Origin: Clostridiales bacterium
GTDB taxonomy: Bacteria; Bacillota; Clostridia; Saccharofermentanales; Saccharofermentanaceae
DNA: 64,000 bases
Direction: 5' to 3'
Assembly: GCA_017513085.1 (NCBI GenBank)
Contig: JAFWDK010000019.1
Coordinates: forward strand, 192,001 to 256,000
This document shows positions 40,426-50,118 of this stretch, in pieces (within the stretch, counting starts at the first letter, position 1; each line of letters opens with the position of its first letter). A program made the position numbers and the translations under genes. The notes beneath the pieces were generated by a model that did not search any database, was not told the origin of the DNA, and was given only the letters and a program-made list of their open reading frames with translations.

Positions 40426-40451
40426 GAACGGCTTACATGCCGTTCTTTTTA
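40426..40451 (+). terminator. Intrinsic terminator
   Basis: GAACGGC-ttacat-GCCGTTC followed by TTTTT. Confidence 0.7.
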
Positions 40452-40562
40452 TTTATCCGCTCAGTATAACTATCTCATTTTTTCACTATTCTGCCTTATA
40501 ATGGAGCCAAAAGAACCAAGTCGGCGGGGAGATCCTGCATTCCCGCAGTTTTCGGCATCAAC

Positions 40563-41240
40563 TCACAGAAATATCCCCATCAGAACGAAAAGCGCAATAA
40601 TGATCGCAAGATATACCAGCGCGAGTATTCGCTTGATGGTTTCTTTCTTCCTGTCTTTCCTCTGCCGGACCGGCGGAAGCGAGAAGATCCTCTTCCATTT
40701 CTCCCTTTTCGGATGCTCGACGGTATTGTCGATATAGGAACGGAAATCGAAATTCGATCTGACCTCACTATCCGGGTACAAGTGTTTCTCCGCTGTACGG
40801 GAAAACCGGTCCTCCTGCGTCAGCTGTCTTAGATTCCGTGCAATATCGCATCGGTCGGCAGACATACTCACAAGTGATTCCTGGACCCCAAAGTACTCCG
40901 CGATGTCCTCTGTGCCGCAGGACTTCTTCTCCGCGATGCAGACGATAAACCAGATCTCCGGCAACTTATCCCCGACGAAAGGCGGTTTTTGCATATATTC
41001 CTCGATATATTCGTCCCTCGAGGAATATTTCTCCATTTCGGGAAAACCATCCGCCCAGCTATACATCAGGCCATATCTTCGCGCCCGCAGGTCGCTTTCC
41101 GTATAGAACTCTTTGTCATGCTTGATATAAGCCCATTTTGCGATCCGAGGATGGTCGAGTGCAGCACGGATAAAGGCTTCCGTATCCTCGCCCTTATCGC
41201 CTTCTTTTATCGTGATATAATAACCGTGCTCTTTACTCAT
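40563..41240 (-). CDS. Degenerate rolling-circle Rep (HUH/Rep_2-like) domain with a C-terminal transmembrane anchor
   Basis: KWAYIKHDKEFYTESD, IAEYFGVQE and KHLYPDSEVRSNFDF match clostridial RCR Rep scaffold motifs. HUH position reads IWF and YLTH position reads QLTQ. C-terminal basic stretch plus ~21-aa hydrophobic helix. Confidence 0.65.
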   Translation of the reverse strand: MSKEHGYYITIKEGDKGEDTEAFIRAALDHPRIAKWAYIKHDKEFYTESDLRARRYGLMYSWADGFPEMEKYSSRDEYIEEYMQKPPFVGDKLPEIWFIVCIAEKKSCGTEDIAEYFGVQESLVSMSADRCDIARNLRQLTQEDRFSRTAEKHLYPDSEVRSNFDFRSYIDNTVEHPKREKWKRIFSLPPVRQRKDRKKETIKRILALVYLAIIIALFVLMGIFL

Positions 41241-41275
41241 ATTTCTCTTTTCCCCAAATCACGCTCAAGCGCGCG

Positions 41276-42160
41276 TCAAGGCTCGAACTTCGTTCCGCAC
41301 TCGGTGCAGAATTTTGCTGTCTTCGAGGTTCGCAGCGCTCCGCAGGACAGACAGTATGAACGGTCTTCCGGCCTGACCGTCTGACCGGACTTCGCGGCGA
41401 TTTCTTTGAGAAGGGCGAGCGTCCGCTCCGGATCGGTGAAGATCCGCTCATGTTCCTGGTCGAACCGGATGAATCCTTCCCACTCACCCACTTCTACATA
41501 TGCTTCTTTAGGATCTTTGCAAAGCTCTCTCACTTGTTCCTTGATCCAAGGAAGAATATCCGATGGTACGCTATAGCTGTTCTCACTATCCCCTTCACGG
41601 ATCACCACACATGCGTTTTGGTTTGAAAAGTAGAAGGCACTCAACATGACATCCGGACGGATCGTCCCAAAGGCCGGATCCGGAACAGGAGCCGGTCCGG
41701 GATAAACCTGATGGTGGATCGAACTCAGTTCAAAATCTTCCGGCAATTCCGGATTCGGGTAACAATAATTGATGCGATCTCTCTGGTTAAGCGGCTCCCC
41801 ACATACGGCGCGGAGTTCTTCCAGCATCTGGTACAGGACTTCTTCGTCCATATCGTGATAATAGGTATCGACCTGCCCGTCTTCTCTTGTCTCGACGACC
41901 GCAGCCATCTCCTTTCCATTCAACGAAGGCTCGAGAGGAAAGAATCCCCGATGCTTCTCCCCGCACTTACTGAGCACCTCTTCGACGAACTTTTCCGCCG
42001 CCTCCCGTGGCACAGCATAATCCGAAGCCTCATGCGTCAGGAGGTAGTTTCCGTCTTTTAAGCTGGTCACCCTGTAATCTGTATTTACAGGCGGTCCCCC
42101 GCAGATCGTTTGCTCCATAAAGTATTTCTGGAGATTTCTGTATGCGATATAAATATACAC
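41276..42160 (-). CDS. Hypothetical protein with a C-terminal double-CxxC zinc ribbon
   Basis: CLSCG...KFCTECGTKF at the C-terminus. Start is uncertain and may lie further downstream (~42117). Confidence 0.7.
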   Translation of the reverse strand: MYIYIAYRNLQKYFMEQTICGGPPVNTDYRVTSLKDGNYLLTHEASDYAVPREAAEKFVEEVLSKCGEKHRGFFPLEPSLNGKEMAAVVETREDGQVDTYYHDMDEEVLYQMLEELRAVCGEPLNQRDRINYCYPNPELPEDFELSSIHHQVYPGPAPVPDPAFGTIRPDVMLSAFYFSNQNACVVIREGDSENSYSVPSDILPWIKEQVRELCKDPKEAYVEVGEWEGFIRFDQEHERIFTDPERTLALLKEIAAKSGQTVRPEDRSYCLSCGALRTSKTAKFCTECGTKFEP

Positions 42161-42265
42161 CCGAATGACCTATCCTTCTTCCCAATCTAAAACTAGATAT
42201 ATCACAGGATGGTCCGCAAATCAAATCCGCAGCCTGCGTAAGTGTTTTTGCTGAAGGCGGAGTGT

Positions 42266-43174
42266 TCACTCCTTTATGCCACGGATCTTAACTGCAGTAA
42301 GAAAATGCTTCTGTAAGAACGGATAGAGAATGATCATGGGAAGTATGGCCAGGATCATGACAGCCGACGCGACTCCGGCACGGCTGGGCGCAGCGGCCAC
42401 AGTCGAATCTACATAACCGTTACTTGCGTTAACTGCCGAGGTCTCCACTTTAAACAATTCAAACTGAATGGTTGAAAGCTCTTGGTTCATCCGATTGAAA
42501 AGCAACGTGTCAAACCAGGAACCCCAATGATTTGCGGCAGTAAAGAGTGCAACAACGGCATAGATCGCTCTGCACTGAGGACAGACAATACTCCAGAAGA
42601 TCCGCAAATACCCCGCGCCATCAAGTTGTGCAGATTCCTCCAGGGAATCCGGTATCGTCTCCATATATGACCGCATGAGCAATACGTGAAGCACACATAC
42701 CATTCCCGGGATAATATATACCCAGAAGCTCTGTATCAGATCGAGCTTTCTATATAGGACCAAAGTGGGGACCATTCCGGCTGATATGAACATCGTAAAA
42801 ACCCAAAACCGGGAAAGCATTGTCCGAAACACAAACTTTTTCCGGCTGAGGATAAAGGCAAGGACCGCGCAGGCGAGCACGGAAGTCAGCGTACCGAGAA
42901 CCGTTCTCTCGACACTAACGAGGAATGCCTTCCGGTAGTTAGTATTCTTAAAAAGCACCAGTTCCCAGTTTTTAAGAGTAGGAGAACGCGGAAATAATCT
43001 CAGCGCAAAGCTTTTATCTGCTACATCATAAACGCTGCTAAAGGACAACGGAATGAGGCGAAGTATCGGGTACAGGGCAACGATTGAAGAAACAATAAAG
43101 ACCGTCCATGTAAATATTCTAAAACACCGCTCGGAAGCGGGCACCGGTTTCTTGTATAAATCTCTTTCTTCCAT
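42266..43174 (-). CDS. Carbohydrate ABC transporter permease (MalG-like)
   Basis: IPDSLEESAQLDGAG EAA motif, HWGSWFD and LPMIILYPFLQKHF. Confidence 0.88.
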   Translation of the reverse strand: MEERDLYKKPVPASERCFRIFTWTVFIVSSIVALYPILRLIPLSFSSVYDVADKSFALRLFPRSPTLKNWELVLFKNTNYRKAFLVSVERTVLGTLTSVLACAVLAFILSRKKFVFRTMLSRFWVFTMFISAGMVPTLVLYRKLDLIQSFWVYIIPGMVCVLHVLLMRSYMETIPDSLEESAQLDGAGYLRIFWSIVCPQCRAIYAVVALFTAANHWGSWFDTLLFNRMNQELSTIQFELFKVETSAVNASNGYVDSTVAAAPSRAGVASAVMILAILPMIILYPFLQKHFLTAVKIRGIKE

Positions 43175-43265
43175 GATTTCTTCCCCCTAGAAGTACCCAT
43201 TCTGAATACTAGACACTTATCCAAGAGTTTTGTTACACACAGATTCAAAACAAAAGGATATGTGA

Positions 43266-43631
43266 TCAGCGTATCACATATCCTTCTTTGGCTAACACTT
43301 CTAAAGCCCGTCCAAAGTTTTCTTCTTTCACAAGAATATAATCCGTATTGTACGTCGATACAGCGAATATCCCTATCTTGTTTTCAGCAAGGATTCCGGA
43401 AATCTTCGAGAGTATACCGATCAACGAAAAATCCAGCACTCCCTGGATCCGAAAACCTCGCCAACCGTCATCTCTCTCAATAGTGTTTTCCGGAGCCTCT
43501 TCCGTTTTACATACTAAAGATAACTCCTCATCTGTTTTACCGATAAAATAAAACTCTGAAGACAGGTCCACAGCAGACACATCTTCAACTTTACATACAG
43601 TCAGATTATGTTCTAGTTTTTTTAGCTCCAT
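43266..43631 (-). CDS. ACT-domain protein (ACT_7/CASTOR-like)
   Basis: TDEELSLVC...GWRGFRIQGVLDFSLIGIL...IFAVSTYNTDYILV. Start 43631 after AAAGGAG. Confidence 0.88.
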   Translation of the reverse strand: MELKKLEHNLTVCKVEDVSAVDLSSEFYFIGKTDEELSLVCKTEEAPENTIERDDGWRGFRIQGVLDFSLIGILSKISGILAENKIGIFAVSTYNTDYILVKEENFGRALEVLAKEGYVIR

Positions 43632-43790
43632 GGTTAACTCCTTTGGAAGACCGGCTAAGATGCCGATCTGTCTTTTTCCTTGTTTCATTATATTCCAATT
43701 TGAACAAAGATATTCAACGCATCGGAGTAACGGTTGCATTAATGTGCTGAATAACCACTCTAAGTGAGACGATGACTGCGATCAAATATG

Positions 43791-44000
43791 TCATTTCTTC
43801 AGTGCATTTTTCTTTTCGAAAGAGAGCATCATCCGGTGCATGCCGATCAGGACGACTGCCAGAATAATGGTTGCAACAAAAAAGATAAGAGACAGTTTTA
43901 GCATTTCAAGATTGAAGGCTATGGCGGCGACTGCCAAGCAAACAGCAAAAACTCCGAATATGATCCTAAGTAAAACTTCTCCTGTTGAATTTTCCATCAT
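43791..44000 (-). CDS. Small two-TM membrane protein
   Basis: GGAGG RBS; 69 aa with two hydrophobic helices and a basic tail. Confidence 0.6.
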   Translation of the reverse strand: MMENSTGEVLLRIIFGVFAVCLAVAAIAFNLEMLKLSLIFFVATIILAVVLIGMHRMMLSFEKKNALKK

Positions 44001-44131
44001 CTTTCCTCCGGTTCGATCATCATTTTATGATTCTATCTTATCCTTGATGCATTAAGTCATCGTCAATCAAACATAAAGAAAGCGTTAAGATTGAAAACTG
44101 TTCGCCGAACGTCAAAGGTCGCTCGAGCGGC

Positions 44132-44887
44132 TCAAAGACCGGCCAGATCGTTGATGACTTCGCCGGCGATGATCAGGCCGACTACGGATGGAACAAACGC
44201 GGTGGAGCCGGGAATAGCTCTTCGATCTGTACATTTTCTCTCCGCGCCCGGTGGGCAGATACAATGCTGTCTGCAGCTGATGGACATATCCTCCAACGGT
44301 CGGACCGGTGCTTCCTTGGAATACACGACTTTCAGGGAGTCGATGCCTCTTTTTTTGCACTCACGCCGCATGACTTTGGCCAGCGGGCATATAGATGTCT
44401 CGTAAATATCCGCCACCTCAAAAAGCGCGGCATGAAGTTTGTTTCCTGCGCCCATGGAGGAGATGACCGGGACGCCGGCTTCCTTTGCTTTTTCAATAAT
44501 GGCCAGTTTTCCGGTTACGGTGTCGATCGCATCGACTACATAATCGTACTCTCTGAAATCGAACTGATCCTGAGTCTCCGGCAGAAAGAATGTGCGAAAT
44601 GCTCTGACGTTGCATTCCGGGTTGATATCGTGCACCCGTTCTTCAGCCACGTCAACTTTATATTTCCCGACGGTCTTCCTCGTGGCAATGATCTGGCGGT
44701 TGATATTGGTCAGGCAGACCTTGTCATCGTCGATAAGGTCCAGGGCGCCGATCCCGCTTCGGGCCAGCGCCTCCACGACATAGCCGCCCACGCCCCCGAT
44801 TCCGAAAACGGCAACACGGGAAGACGCGAACTTTTCCATCGCTTCCGGTCCATATAACAGTTGTGTTCTGGAAAACTGATTCAGCAT
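44132..44887 (-). CDS. tcdA: tRNA threonylcarbamoyladenosine dehydratase (ThiF family)
   Basis: GIGGVG, TNINRQ, YVVDAID, SSMGAGNK, CPLAK and VVYSKE. Confidence 0.88.
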   Translation of the reverse strand: MLNQFSRTQLLYGPEAMEKFASSRVAVFGIGGVGGYVVEALARSGIGALDLIDDDKVCLTNINRQIIATRKTVGKYKVDVAEERVHDINPECNVRAFRTFFLPETQDQFDFREYDYVVDAIDTVTGKLAIIEKAKEAGVPVISSMGAGNKLHAALFEVADIYETSICPLAKVMRRECKKRGIDSLKVVYSKEAPVRPLEDMSISCRQHCICPPGAERKCTDRRAIPGSTAFVPSVVGLIIAGEVINDLAGL

Positions 44888-44913
44888 TCTAAAGACTCCA
44901 ATGTTTTTAAACC

Positions 44914-44946
44914 ATTCTAATATAAATGCCTACTAAGTCAATAGGC
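44914..44946 (-). promoter_or_regulatory. tcdA promoter overlapped by a palindromic operator
   Basis: Minus strand TTGACT-16-TAGAAT; the -35 lies within GCCTA-N9-TAGGC (44928-44946). Confidence 0.55.
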
Positions 44947-44997
44947 TTTTAAAAATGCTGAAATACTATCTCCTGATATTTCGCGGTTACTTCACAC

Positions 44998-45336
44998 TCA
45001 GAGCATGCGCACCAGCTCATCCCGCATCTCCGTGATCTCGCGAAGCAAAGGTGCATAGTCCATGTCGGCTTTCGCCCGCAGGAACTCCGTGATGTTACAA
45101 ACAGGTTGAAAGATCGGAGTAAGCGCCAGATTTCCGAGGACGCCTTTTAACGAGTGAGCCGCGTCAAAAGCACTGTCCAGATCTTGTCTTGCGATCGATT
45201 CAGCGAGCACTTCGAAATTCTTGTCTTCGAGTACTCTCCCCACCAGTTTCAGATAGAAACCTTCGTTGCCCATGCAACGATTCAGACCATCTTCCGTATC
45301 CGCTCCAAATGCCCGTAAAGCTTCCACAGTCAGCAT
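44998..45336 (-). CDS. Hpt (histidine phosphotransfer) domain protein
   Basis: AHSLKGVLGNL Hpt motif; GLNRCMGNEGFY N-terminal motif. Confidence 0.88.
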   Translation of the reverse strand: MLTVEALRAFGADTEDGLNRCMGNEGFYLKLVGRVLEDKNFEVLAESIARQDLDSAFDAAHSLKGVLGNLALTPIFQPVCNITEFLRAKADMDYAPLLREITEMRDELVRML

Positions 45337-45354
45337 ATCCCGATCCTCCTCTCC

Positions 45355-47049
45355 TTACATTTTCGATGCCTGTTTTTCAAGAAGGAACTTCTCGAAATCT
45401 TCAGCCGGCACCGGTTTGGAGAAATAGTATCCCTGGATGATCGAGCACCCGAGTTTCTTCAGTTCAAGATACTGCTCTTCTGTCTCCACACCTTCGGCAA
45501 TCGCCGGTACACCGAGATAATCAGCGATATCGATCACGATGCTGATCATCCGGGTATCGTTCTGCTTATCGAACGCGGTCCGGATAAACTTCATGTCCAG
45601 TTTCAAAGCATCCAACGGGAGTTCCGTGATCATATTCAGTGAAGAATAGCCGGAACCGAAATCATCCATCTCAACAAAGAAGCCATGCTCCCTCAGTTCT
45701 TTTACCTGATTGACGATCTGATTGGAATCACTGACATATGCGGACTCCGTGATCTCAAGATACATATCTTCCGTGCCGAGACCGTTCTCGTCCACGATCC
45801 TCTTCATCGCATTCACGAGGTTCGGGTCATAAAGATCGGCGCGCGACAGGTTCACGGATACCGGCACAGAAACGCCGAGACGCGATTTCCAATCCGCGAC
45901 CTGCTTGGCCGCTTCCCTCCAGACATATTCATCAAGCGTGGCGATCAGGCCGTCTTCTTCAAAGAGAGGTATAAAAGCACCTGGCGAGATCATGCCGAGG
46001 GTCGGATGGAACCAGCGCACAAGCGCTTCCGCACTCGCCAGGGCGGGCTTGTCTCCGCGGATATCGAACTTAGGCTGGAAGAAAACTTTGAAGTGCTTCT
46101 CCGCAAGTGCTTTTGGAAATTCATCCACCAGCTGGCCGGAGAATAATTCCGCGTCGATCAGTGCTTCATCAAATTCATTGACAAAGACCGTGTAGTTGTT
46201 GCGGATCTTGTCGGAAGCGATCTTTGCCCGGTCAAAGCGTCGGTGCAGATCCAGTTTCTTATCGCAGTTGGAGTACACGCCGACGCGGATCTTGATGACT
46301 GTCTGAAGTTCATCCCCTACGCTGGAGATCATCTCGGCCGTCTTCGTATAGTCGTCCTGATGCAGGCAATATACAAGGAATGTATCCGCGGCTTTGCGGC
46401 AAATGAAGCTTGCCTGGTCCGCAAAAACCGCTTCCAGACGTTCTGCGATTTTTTTCAGGATCTCATCGCCTTTTTCTATACCGAAGCGCTCGTTTAAAAC
46501 ATGGAAATGGTTGACATCCAGGCAAAGCGCGTCCATCTCGGTATCCGGATAGAATCTGTCAAACTGATTGCAGTAGCGGTAAAAATACTCGATGTTATAA
46601 AGGCCCGTGAGCTCATCTCTTTCCGTTGCGCTGATGATCTGGCGGTTTTCGGCAAGCTCGATGGAACGGGATATTCTTGCTTTAATGACATCCGGCTGCG
46701 GGTAAGGCTTCGGAATAAAATCGTAAGCGCCTCTCTTGAGACTGGCCACTTCCGAATCCTGATCAGATGTAAGAACGATCACCGGGATCCCTTTAAGATA
46801 CGGATCCTCATTCATCTGTGCCAGAATATCGAGCCCTCTCATCCGAGGCATATTCAAATCGAGAAGGATCAAAGAGAGCGTCTTTCTGTTCTGCTTGATC
46901 ATCTCATAAGCCATCTCACCGTCTTCTGCTTTAAGAACATCGTATTCATCAGAAAGGATGTTCTCCAGAAGCTCCCGATTGATATATTCATCATCAGCAA
47001 TAAGGATCTGTCTCTTGCTGCCTGCAATAAAATCCGGAAAAATCTTCAT
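45355..47049 (-). CDS. REC - degenerate GGDEF - EAL protein (probable c-di-GMP phosphodiesterase)
   Basis: REC (ADDE, LLDLNMP, IPKP); GGDEF position reads AADTF; EAL domain intact (EALVRW, EITES, DDFGSGYSSL, AEGVE, QGYYF). Confidence 0.92.
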   Translation of the reverse strand: MKIFPDFIAGSKRQILIADDEYINRELLENILSDEYDVLKAEDGEMAYEMIKQNRKTLSLILLDLNMPRMRGLDILAQMNEDPYLKGIPVIVLTSDQDSEVASLKRGAYDFIPKPYPQPDVIKARISRSIELAENRQIISATERDELTGLYNIEYFYRYCNQFDRFYPDTEMDALCLDVNHFHVLNERFGIEKGDEILKKIAERLEAVFADQASFICRKAADTFLVYCLHQDDYTKTAEMISSVGDELQTVIKIRVGVYSNCDKKLDLHRRFDRAKIASDKIRNNYTVFVNEFDEALIDAELFSGQLVDEFPKALAEKHFKVFFQPKFDIRGDKPALASAEALVRWFHPTLGMISPGAFIPLFEEDGLIATLDEYVWREAAKQVADWKSRLGVSVPVSVNLSRADLYDPNLVNAMKRIVDENGLGTEDMYLEITESAYVSDSNQIVNQVKELREHGFFVEMDDFGSGYSSLNMITELPLDALKLDMKFIRTAFDKQNDTRMISIVIDIADYLGVPAIAEGVETEEQYLELKKLGCSIIQGYYFSKPVPAEDFEKFLLEKQASKM

Positions 47050-47190
47050 TTCTCGGTCCCACCTTGATGCCTAGTCTTGCTATTTACTCTAACCCAACCT
47101 CTGAAGATATATCAGAATAATTTAATTATACCACACCGCATGGTCTCTCTCGCTTACATAACTAAATGTTCACGCATTATTCACATAGGA

Positions 47191-47877
47191 TCAGAATCGG
47201 ATTTTGTTTTCTTCTTTTTTCTTTTGGGCATTTTTGCAGATCACTGCAACTTGTGTTCCGATAAACGCCCAGAACAGAAGCATCAGGATGTTCTCCAGGA
47301 AAACCTGTGCGCCGGCTTTTTCATAATCCAGGAACGCAAAAGGAACTTTGAAGAATAAGTAGTCCGTCGTCTTGCTATTTAAGAACAGAAGCAATCCGAC
47401 GCCTGCCAGGCTGAAAGAAACGACCGATACCGCGATCTTCAGTTTATTCGGCATTTTAAATTTCGCAAAGATGACCGGGATATGCATGCCCAGATGCAGA
47501 CCCATAAGCACAAATGCCCAATACGACATGGAAAGATGCATTCTTCTGGCAAAAGACACTTTTGTCATTCCATAGAGGAACGGTACAGCATGTCCGCTCA
47601 TGGACATGCCGCAGAAAGCGGTGAGTCCAAATGCGGCAATAAGCGCGATGTTGATCACCAATGAGAGTATCCGGTATGCGTTATATTTTCCTTTGAAGGT
47701 AGCTTTATACCACTTTATGTTAAGGATCTGATGGAAGATGACAAGCAAAGTCATTCCCACACCGATCCACTCGTGCAATACTTCGCCGGTTACCTGATAC
47801 GCCATCAGGCATAGCAGAAGGACAGTCATACACAGATCCACTGCTCTTTTTATCACGTTCTTCGTATTTCCCTGCAT
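47191..47877 (-). CDS. DUF4405-type polytopic membrane protein (His-rich, cytochrome b-like)
   Basis: HEWIG, FHQILN, MHLSMSYW and LHLGMH histidines in TM helices. Confidence 0.75.
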   Translation of the reverse strand: MQGNTKNVIKRAVDLCMTVLLLCLMAYQVTGEVLHEWIGVGMTLLVIFHQILNIKWYKATFKGKYNAYRILSLVINIALIAAFGLTAFCGMSMSGHAVPFLYGMTKVSFARRMHLSMSYWAFVLMGLHLGMHIPVIFAKFKMPNKLKIAVSVVSFSLAGVGLLLFLNSKTTDYLFFKVPFAFLDYEKAGAQVFLENILMLLFWAFIGTQVAVICKNAQKKKEENKIRF

Positions 47878-47901
47878 ATGACTATCCTCCTCTTCTTCTG
47901 A

Positions 47902-48624
47902 TTATTTTAATCCTTCTATCCAGGAACGGACCGTATCTTCCGAAGGACCCGCGCCGAAGCGCTTCCCGTCGAGCCATGTTCCGCTTCCCGCGTGCTTTTC
48001 AAGATTCTTGTCGCTTCTGCCGACTCCGCTGCTGGCAGATGTGCAGAACGGGATCATGGTCATTCCGTCAAAATTGTAGGACTCTACGAATGTATCCAGG
48101 ATACGAGGTTCTTCTCCCCACCAGATCGGATAACCGACATAGACTTTCGTGTACCCTTCCAGCGAGATCACATCACTACCGATCTTCGGTCTTGCGGAAG
48201 AATCATTCTGCTCCTTGGTGGAACGGCTCTCCGAATCGTTCCAGTTAAGATCGTCGTCCGAATACGGCTCTGCCGGAACGATCTCATATAGATCCGCATC
48301 CTCGATCGCAGCGATCTTTTCCGCAACGTCCTTGGTGGTTCCCGTAGCAGAAAAATACACTACGAGAACTTCTTTATGCGGTACGGCAGTCGTCGTTCCT
48401 TCCGAAGTGGTATTCTCCGTTGTTTCTTCGGAAGCTTTCGCCTCAGATCCGGCATTTTCTGTAGTCGCCTCCGAACTCTTCTCTGTCTCGGCCTCGGTCG
48501 CCTTCGTGGTCGCAGTTGTAGCAGCCTGAGAAGTCGCCTTGGTATCACTATTATCTGATTTTCCACATGCTGCCAGACCAAGCGCCAAAATACCCGCAGT
48601 CAGCATAGCTAAAGTTCTTTTCAT
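47902..48624 (-). CDS. Flavodoxin-like lipoprotein
   Basis: Lipobox LAAC, T/A/E linker, VVYFSATGTT, GYPIWWG and PFCTSASSG. Confidence 0.85.
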   Translation of the reverse strand: MKRTLAMLTAGILALGLAACGKSDNSDTKATSQAATTATTKATEAETEKSSEATTENAGSEAKASEETTENTTSEGTTTAVPHKEVLVVYFSATGTTKDVAEKIAAIEDADLYEIVPAEPYSDDDLNWNDSESRSTKEQNDSSARPKIGSDVISLEGYTKVYVGYPIWWGEEPRILDTFVESYNFDGMTMIPFCTSASSGVGRSDKNLEKHAGSGTWLDGKRFGAGPSEDTVRSWIEGLK

Positions 48625-48693
48625 ATCGAAACCTCTTTCTTTTCTAAATCCGGTGCACGCTTTCCCGCACCTATTCGCCCTCATGATCCTATC

Positions 48694-49020
48694 TTAATCG
48701 TTCCAAACCTCTTTCGCCTGGCGGAACACTGCCCAGCCTTTCGGCCAGCCCACATACATGGTCGCATGTGTAATGATCGCGGCAATTTCTTCCTTCGTCA
48801 CGCCATGCGCCTTGGCGTTTTGCAGATGATAGATTAAAGAAGAATCCGTAATACCGGACGCCATAAGCGAAACCACGGTAATGATGCATTTTGTCTTCAC
48901 ATCGATTGCTTCCTCATTCCACACTTCTCCAAAAAGCACATCGTCGTTAAGGTGTGCAAACATCGGAGCAAATTCTCCAAGCTGGTCTCTTCCTGCTGTC
49001 TGTACGATTTTCTCTGCCAT
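48694..49020 (-). CDS. Carboxymuconolactone decarboxylase family protein
   Basis: HLNDDVLFGEVW...HLQNAKAHGVT.EEI...YVGWPK. Confidence 0.88.
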   Translation of the reverse strand: MAEKIVQTAGRDQLGEFAPMFAHLNDDVLFGEVWNEEAIDVKTKCIITVVSLMASGITDSSLIYHLQNAKAHGVTKEEIAAIITHATMYVGWPKGWAVFRQAKEVWND

Positions 49021-49021
49021 A

Positions 49022-50077
49022 TTATTTCTCTCCTTCCAAGATCTTCTGTGAACCTGTTGTCCACACATGTTTCTTCTCTGCGTCACTTCTCTTGTTCTGC
49101 GCCATCACGCCTGCCAGCGGATGTGGCACATAAAGCTCTTCAAGATATTTCACTTCGTCATCTGCGAGTTCCAGATCCACGGCTTTCGCCGCGCCTTCGA
49201 TGTGATGAAGCTTCGTCGCGCCAACGACCGGCGACGTCACTTTGGTAAGAAGCCAAGCCAGAGACACTTCCGTCATGGTCACATCATGCTTCTGCGCAAG
49301 TTCCGCAACCCGCTCTATGATCACGGCATCCTGCTCCTCCGTCGACGCATATTTGAATTTCGCATATGCATCCTCCACCGCACGCTTGGTCTCTCCCTCA
49401 CCCGGCTTTCTGGATTGTCTTCCGCTGGCCAAAGCACTATACGGTGTCAGTGCGATGTTTTCTTCTTCGCAATATGGCACCATCTCGCGTTCTTCTTCTC
49501 TGAAGATCAGGTTGTAATGCCCTTGAATCGATACGAATTTCGCAAAGCCTTCTTTCTCTGCCAATGCATTCGCCTTGGCGATCTGCCAGGCAAAGCAGTT
49601 GGAGATGCCGATATATCTCGCCTTACCTGCTTTCACGATGCGGTTCAGTCCATCCATAATGTCATAGATATCCGTTTTCCAGTCCCACATGTGATAGATA
49701 TAAAGGTCCACATAATCCATGCCAAGATTTGTCAGGCTGGTGTTGATCATGTTTTCAATATGCTGCTGGCCGGAAATTCCTTGATCAATCTCTTCCTGCG
49801 TCCTGGGAAGAAACTTCGTGGCAACTACCACATCTTCCCGCTTCGCAAGATCCCGGAGCGCCCGTCCCACATACTGTTCGCTGGTTCCGCTCTGATATGC
49901 AATAGCCGTATCGTAAAAATTCACACCCAGGTCGAGGCCTCTCTTAATGATCTCCTTCGAATGCTCTTCATCGAGCGTCCAGCTATGCTGACCTTTCGCT
50001 GCATCGCCGAATCCCATACAGCCCATGCAGATACGGGAAACATTCAAATCCGAATTACCAAGTTTTGTGTATTTCAT
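49022..50077 (-). CDS. Aldo/keto reductase
   Basis: GCMGFG, FYDTA..Y, VATKF, DLYIYHMWD catalytic tetrad and GKARYIG.SN. Confidence 0.93.
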   Translation of the reverse strand: MKYTKLGNSDLNVSRICMGCMGFGDAAKGQHSWTLDEEHSKEIIKRGLDLGVNFYDTAIAYQSGTSEQYVGRALRDLAKREDVVVATKFLPRTQEEIDQGISGQQHIENMINTSLTNLGMDYVDLYIYHMWDWKTDIYDIMDGLNRIVKAGKARYIGISNCFAWQIAKANALAEKEGFAKFVSIQGHYNLIFREEEREMVPYCEEENIALTPYSALASGRQSRKPGEGETKRAVEDAYAKFKYASTEEQDAVIIERVAELAQKHDVTMTEVSLAWLLTKVTSPVVGATKLHHIEGAAKAVDLELADDEVKYLEELYVPHPLAGVMAQNKRSDAEKKHVWTTGSQKILEGEK

Positions 50078-50118
50078 CGTAGCATTCCTCCTTGTTTTTT
50101 CCGTCCTCTGACACTTTC

